The notes under the pieces were generated by a model. It saw only the letters and a list, made by a program, of their open reading frames with translations, had not been told where the DNA came from and searched no databases. A DNA stretch of 64,000 nucleotides from Zancudomyces culisetae HAW-14-8 (Eukaryota; Fungi; Kickxellomycota): positions 248,001 through 312,000 of the forward strand of contig JBNJNM010000011.1 of assembly GCA_052426225.1 (NCBI GenBank), in the 5' to 3' direction. The position numbers and the translations under genes were made by a program. Below, piece after piece: positions 57,895-64,000 of this stretch (position 1 is its first letter; each line of letters starts with the position of its first letter).

Positions 57895-58844
57895 ATGTTG
57901 TCCAGTATTTTGTTTTGGCTTTATATTTATAAAGTTTACCATGGTGTAATAGCGGCGATTCAGGAAGGTTGTTGAGTAGACTTGTATTGTCTTATGTTGG
58001 TCATGCCTTCACTAGTTGTCTCTGATTAGTTCAAATTATTTATTTTTAACAAAGAATATAAAAAAACAAACTTATAGAAAGGGCCTACGAGCTCTCTTCC
58101 GATACGCTTTATAGCATGGGAAGGATATATCGTTTATTTTATTATTTTGCCTGGTTCTACTTTTCGTCAATCCTGATCCATAGTGCATTTCACTTGTACA
58201 ACCATTTCCCTGTCGATGTTCAACTATACTAAATAAAACGAAAAAATATATGGCATGAAAGAAACAAGGAGAAGAGAGATGGTACTCATTTTGTGCTCTA
58301 GATCCTTCTTGTGTAGTTTGAGAGCGCGGCACGTGCTGGGCACTTGATAGTATTTTTATAATCACATGATAAATGTATTCTTTGAGGGAAATCTTCAGTA
58401 TTGGGGATGCAAAATTGAATAGCACAGATTTTGTGGGAATATTTGCCAAAATTTTGATATTCGCTTTAACCAAATTTCGCAGCAAGCATTTTGTTTGGCC
58501 GAAAACAGCTATCATTTTTTCAAAAAGTGAAAGGCCAAATTTGGAAATGCGACTTTTGGTCGTGTAAAAGAACAATCAATATTTGAACTACAGGTATGTA
58601 TAAGAACGGAAAAGGAGCCGCACCAAAAAAAAATAACTTGAGAAAGTAGAGTGTGTTATAAAAAAATATTTTCTAATAGCCCGTAAGAGCTATAGTAAGA
58701 CGTGTTTAAAAGTGTACACTGCTCAAACGATTGGGCGATACTCACTCGGATTATTGTTATATAAAAGAAGCCCTAATTTCGAACTCAGGTATCTACCTTA
58801 AGCAAGCAGAAAAAAAAGTAATATAAAGAGAAAGGGAAGAGATA

Positions 58845-61754
58845 ATGAACCTAAATCCTTCAGCAAACGCAAAAACGATAAAGGCAAACATAATATCAGA
58901 AAAGACTACGGATTGGCATCCGCTCCTAAATGAGAAGCAACAATTTCAAAGGGAAAGCATGATAGAACCAAAGCAAGTTGGACAGGGCGACAAGCGGATG
59001 GAAAAGAGAGAGGACGACGGAGAGGACGAGAAAAGCGAAGCAAGAGAAAGTATGGATAGCTCAGGCATGCCCCCTATAGTGGAATTAGAGCTTGACAATA
59101 GTGATCAGAGTTTGGAAGTATTTAGTGCGTTTTTGAATGCCAGTACCGATTCGATTGATCCAAGTAAAGATATATATAGTGGTGTGTATAGTGATATGGA
59201 TAAAGGTATAGAATGTGAAAAGAATGATGCGGAATCTAGGAAACTGAGAGGATTAATAAGAATGTTACTCGAGCAAGGTAGCTTGGTATTGATGTTTCCA
59301 TTGGGTCTGCAAAGCTTAAAAAACAAAAGCAATGACACCCAAAAGGAGGAAATCATGAACAATACGTTCATAGTAATAAATGACAAAGGTATACCGATTT
59401 CCAAGCAAATAGTAGGTGAAGGGAATAGCACGAGTGATAAAGCGGGATGCGGAAGTGTAGTAGAAGTTAAAGGAGTGGATATTGTTGGGCTTTCTGGGGT
59501 ATATGGCGTGTTAGACGATAGCATGCTCAAAATTGGAGGCAGATTAACTACCAGTATACCAGATCTTTTACTTGAAATTTGTGATAATGATAAGGATGGA
59601 AACGGAGGCGAGGATGCTCAATTTATGAACGACGCTCTGAAAATGTTATTTTCGCACTTAGAATTTGGAAATGGCAATATCGAATATGCAACACGAAATA
59701 TTTCAGAGAGTCGAATAACATGTGAATGGAAAAGTAAAGAGGGAGAAGGCGCAGAACAAGAACAGGAAAATAACAAGGTGATAAATGTGACTGTAGTGAG
59801 TTTAGTAACAGAAAATATCGAAGCTTCTAGAATACCTATTAATGAATTTGACGTTCATAAAGTCGAGCTTTTGAGGCGAGTATTTGAGGCGTCGACGGTT
59901 TTTAGTGATGGCCATGATATCAATAACAAAGATACAAAGAAAAGAGATGTTTATCGTAGGAGAACCCGAGAGTGCGGTGTCGATTTTTTACAAAATGTGA
60001 GCCAGCTAGCAAAATTCATAGTAGAAGTAAACAAGTATTCAAGGGTTGTTTCCGAATTTCAGGTTAAAGATAAGCAGAATGGGCATGTTAATAGCGTTGA
60101 TGGGGTTGATGGAGGTCGTAATAGCAGAAATAGAAATGAAGCTGTTAGTGATGGTAGTGGCAATAATAGTGGTGGCGGGGGTGGAATACTTGGTAGCTGG
60201 TTTAAAGCACCATTTGCCAGCAAACAGACAGTATCTAGCAGCCCGACTTCAGACGCACGTTCAAGTATAATCAAAAGGACAAGCAGCGTGTTACAAGATG
60301 GTTCGACTCGAGGTATGACACCTCTTGTACAAGATTGTGGATACCAAGTTTTAGATGTAAAGCGGATTAATGTGGTTATAAACAACAAAAGCAGTAGTGA
60401 TTTTTATAAGATTGTTGGGGAGAAATACCAAGAGTTAATGGAAAGCATATACAAAGGTATCAGGTCAAATGAACATTGGGTTAATGAGAACAGAAAAGAG
60501 GATGATGAAACAAATGATGAAATGAGGGATAATGAAACTTGTATTTTTGGTATAATGGAGGAGATTGAAGAGTATGTGATGTTACAGGTAGAAAGATCAG
60601 TGATGAGTAGCGGAATAGAAGTTTTGCAGCAAGAAATATTAGAAAAGATTGCTAGTAACGGAGAGATTTACAAGGAGATTGATACAGAGCAAGAAAATAC
60701 TGATGAGATGGCAGCTGTGGTGAAAAAGTGGAGCAGAATCGAAAGAATTTTCAACAAGTTTGATAGTGATCTACTATTAGAGGGGGATATAAAGAGGAAG
60801 AAAAAAACCCAAAAAAGTAGGAATGGCATAAGAATCTCGAGTATTGTGGAAATTGTTCGAGAGTTGGCAAATATACGGATTCAAACAGATGCTACAGAGA
60901 AGACAGAGGAAAGTATGGAAGATGGCAGTGCTGTTAACAAAGAATATGAGGGGGCAGTGGATGCAGATATGCTATTGTCACTCCTAATACAGACTATTCG
61001 GCAAACAGAAAGGCCAAGTAAACTGTTTTGTAGTGCTATATACTTAGAGACATTCAGATATAAACGATTGTTAACATCCTTTGAGAATTACTGCTTGACA
61101 TCTGTACTAGCATCGATAAACTACATTTTGATCCAATATTATGACAAACAGCAAAACCAACAGCAAGGGGGGCAAAACGCAGGTACAGCAAAGGGCGTCG
61201 CTGGTATAAATGATAGTGGCGGCAGTAATAGCAATACTAATACTGGTGGAGGAAATGTGATGTCTACATTGGGGCTGTCCAAAGGATTGGATCTGTTTTC
61301 GGGTGTTGCAGGGTCGGGGATCAAAGCAGCAGCAAATGTATATGGAGCGGTGATCGATTGGCCATCGTCAGCATCAGCTTTGCGATTATCCCAAGCGTCA
61401 AAAAGTAAGCTCAACACCAGCACCAGCACCAGCACCAACAATGACACCAACACTAGAAACAAGGATAGTACCAATAGTTGTGGGGGCGTCATTGGTGGGG
61501 AGGCAGGCATTGGGGATAAGAGAATCCAAGAAATGCTGAAAACACAGCAAAAACTCAAACAAAAACTCAAAAAAAACAGCAACGTGTCAAATGCAAATGG
61601 TGATGCGGAAATAGGTTCTGATGGTAAACTCAATCTTCCAATAAACAAAAAGTACGTCGAGTTGGATAATGCTAATGAACTGAAGATAGGGGAGGTGGAG
61701 GAGCTGCTGCAAGCATATAAGCAGTTGGCAGAGTATATTACTAGGATGTTGTAA
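58845..61754 (+). CDS. VPS9-domain (Rab5 GEF-like) protein
   Basis: VDADMLLSLLI...YLETFR...ENYCLTSVLASINYI is a VPS9 core; C-terminal ELKIGEVEELLQAYKQLA motif typical of Vps9-like proteins. Confidence 0.75.
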   Translation: MNLNPSANAKTIKANIISEKTTDWHPLLNEKQQFQRESMIEPKQVGQGDKRMEKREDDGEDEKSEARESMDSSGMPPIVELELDNSDQSLEVFSAFLNASTDSIDPSKDIYSGVYSDMDKGIECEKNDAESRKLRGLIRMLLEQGSLVLMFPLGLQSLKNKSNDTQKEEIMNNTFIVINDKGIPISKQIVGEGNSTSDKAGCGSVVEVKGVDIVGLSGVYGVLDDSMLKIGGRLTTSIPDLLLEICDNDKDGNGGEDAQFMNDALKMLFSHLEFGNGNIEYATRNISESRITCEWKSKEGEGAEQEQENNKVINVTVVSLVTENIEASRIPINEFDVHKVELLRRVFEASTVFSDGHDINNKDTKKRDVYRRRTRECGVDFLQNVSQLAKFIVEVNKYSRVVSEFQVKDKQNGHVNSVDGVDGGRNSRNRNEAVSDGSGNNSGGGGGILGSWFKAPFASKQTVSSSPTSDARSSIIKRTSSVLQDGSTRGMTPLVQDCGYQVLDVKRINVVINNKSSSDFYKIVGEKYQELMESIYKGIRSNEHWVNENRKEDDETNDEMRDNETCIFGIMEEIEEYVMLQVERSVMSSGIEVLQQEILEKIASNGEIYKEIDTEQENTDEMAAVVKKWSRIERIFNKFDSDLLLEGDIKRKKKTQKSRNGIRISSIVEIVRELANIRIQTDATEKTEESMEDGSAVNKEYEGAVDADMLLSLLIQTIRQTERPSKLFCSAIYLETFRYKRLLTSFENYCLTSVLASINYILIQYYDKQQNQQQGGQNAGTAKGVAGINDSGGSNSNTNTGGGNVMSTLGLSKGLDLFSGVAGSGIKAAANVYGAVIDWPSSASALRLSQASKSKLNTSTSTSTNNDTNTRNKDSTNSCGGVIGGEAGIGDKRIQEMLKTQQKLKQKLKKNSNVSNANGDAEIGSDGKLNLPINKKYVELDNANELKIGEVEELLQAYKQLAEYITRML

Positions 61755-62111
61755 ATTGAGTATTAATAGTGTTCTTTCTTTCTTTTTGCCTTTGTATCTT
61801 TTAAGGCTGTTATAGTAGTATTTTCAAGCCAGCAAAATAAATTAATAAAATGGGTGTAGAGGTAATTAAAAAGATAAATGTTGGCTAAAAAAAGAAAAAA
61901 TTTACGCTAATAATTGTAACGGAAAATCAAATTAAACAAAAGGGTAAAAAGGAAAAAAAATTTTTTTTCATTAGCCTAAAAAGCTGTTGTTATTTTTTAG
62001 CATAGTAAACAATACTCGACGAAATTTAAGAATTGTGAATTGTGAAAATTGCGGATTTGTAAAAAAAATAAAGAAATAAGGAATAGCATCACAAGGTAGA
62101 TACAAGCGAAC

Positions 62112-63451
62112 ATGGAGCAACTAAAGTTTACCGAGAAAAATAAATATGAAAAGGTGAGTTCAACTAATATAAATGGCCAAAGATTGATTGGGATTTGATG
62201 GTAAATTTGGAAATGATAAAATAGGTCTTGGAATTTGCAGAATGTATAGAGCGAAATAACAAAAGCAAAAAGGCCGAACTAAGCAAGGATCAGCAACAAA
62301 AGGCAGAGGAAAAGGAAAAGGAAAAGGAACAAGCGATCGGGACTGAGGATGTGAAAGAGATGATTGCAGCCGAGGACAACGAAAAAATAGGCGAATATAT
62401 CGTGTCGAACCTTGCACAACTGATCCCAACAAATACACGGGAGAGAGAGATGGGTTTTAATCTGGGAGTGGTCGTGTTGATGAGTTTGTTTGATGAAAAG
62501 AGTAGCGGAAATTGGCTGCGAAAGGTGGAACAGGTTATAGTTGACAGCGAGGAGCTTGTTGATGGAGCGGAGAAGGCCAAGCAACTCAATACATTGTGTG
62601 GGCTGCTGGATGTAACCAGTGAGCAACGCCTACATGTGTTGAAGCGGGTTGTACAGGTATGCAAACACGACGGACTTGGTAGCGTTCTCGAACCAGCCAT
62701 TCCAAATCAACTTTCCCAGGTTATCAGAAATGTTCAGCCACAAACTGCGCAGACAACAGCAACTGCTGTTATTTTGCTGACTGAATTGGCTGACTTGTAC
62801 CTTGCTGATCCCGAAAAACAGGCTGTCGCATTTGAAGTTATGAAGCTTCGTTTGACCTATTTTGACGATAACGCAGATGCTGCTATTGATCTGATTGTTC
62901 GTGCCATTAACCTGCCAAACTACTTTGCCTTCGACTCTCTTGCTTCCATTCCTGCCATCCACGCCCTTCCCAAATCATCCCCTGCTCTCGCTGTCCTCAA
63001 TCTCTTTATTGCTGGCGACTACGCAGCCTACTCCAGCTCTTCCCTTGCTGCCCTCTCCCCATTAATTAATATTCAAACCGCTCAAACCAAACTACGTTTA
63101 ATTGCCATTTCTGTCTATGGCTCTGAACACATTGCCTCCTCTATTCCACTTGCCTCCATCGCCTCTCTCATTGATGTTCCTTCCGAACAAGTTGAGCTAT
63201 GGATTATCGATTCTATCCGTCTTGGTCTTATCAATGCCAAAATTGACCAGCTTTCCAACTCTGTTGTCATTACAAAGACTTCTTTTGCCTCCTTTGGTCT
63301 GCCCCAATGGCGCTTGCTGTCTTCTCTGCTGTCATCCTGGGAATCATCTCTTTCCCAGCTGCTCCCCACTATCACCAACGCAAAGCTCGCCGCTAAGCTC
63401 TCCGCTTCCAACGAAGGCGCTGCTGTAGTCGAGATTTCTTCCAAAAAATAA
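62112..63451 (+). CDS. EIF3M: Translation initiation factor eIF3 subunit M (PCI domain), exons 62112-62153 and 62225-63451
   Basis: KLRLIAI...IASLIDVPSEQVELWIIDSIRLGLINAKIDQ...FGLPQW; the GTGAGT..ATAG intron joins in frame. Confidence 0.88.
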
Positions 63452-64000
63452 GTTATCTCCACTTTTTGTATTTGTTTATTACATTTACACTTTTCCTTTG
63501 ATTGATTTTTATAAATTACTCCGCTTTTTTTTTCTTTCCCATTTATTTTAACATACACTTCTATCTTTTGTTTAAAGTATCCAGATTCTTTTTAATTTAA
63601 TCCATTGATATTTGCTCTATTGCTTTTCAACTCCATCTTATCCAATTCTATCTGATAGCTTTTTTTTTTTTGCTAGACTCCTCCTTTCCCCCCTTTCCCC
63701 CCTTTCCTCCCCCTCCACCCCTCCCCCTTTTTTTCTATTGCATTATTTTATCCACTTTGGATTTACAAGATAGATTTATTCTTCTTTGACTCATGCTATT
63801 TCTAGAATCCCTCCATCCCTAATTATTCTCGCTTTTGTCAACCTACCTCCACCAAACCAATATATTATATTTTTCTTGATATCTTATTTTATGACTATGG
63901 TCACAATTCATAACCTAGCCCTGACCAGAATTTCAAAATTAACACAAATAGACTTGTCTTTAATACTAGCGTTTCCCGATACCTTCCCAATTTACCCATT

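Overview
AT-rich, intron-containing fungal chromosomal segment. The gene style suggests an early-diverging fungus, possibly Kickxellomycotina/Harpellales (inference only). Housekeeping genes: Avo1/Sin1, RPL14, a METTL16-type methyltransferase, MMS2, DOA10, a xylose-reductase-type AKR, a CSC1/OSCA channel, HEM2, a VPS9-domain GEF and eIF3m. There is also a secreted mucin-stalk CAP protein and an intron-containing tRNA-Tyr(GTA). The central structure is 7 bp upstream of the tRNA: a head-to-tail trimer of an intact single-ORF Ty3/gypsy retrotransposon with four shared 389-bp LTRs, flanked by TTTTT. It is followed directly by a different 461-bp TG...CA solo-LTR-like element flanked by the same TTTTT. 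This suggests repeated, position-specific insertion at a Pol III gene that stacks elements in chronological order. Further observations: a 55-aa prepro-peptide gene missed by the ORF track (12080-12247), a pseudogene of a secreted protein, a 1.16-kb direct duplication, A-rich 3' splice sites, and repeated purine-to-pyrimidine skew inversions that do not depend on gene orientation.
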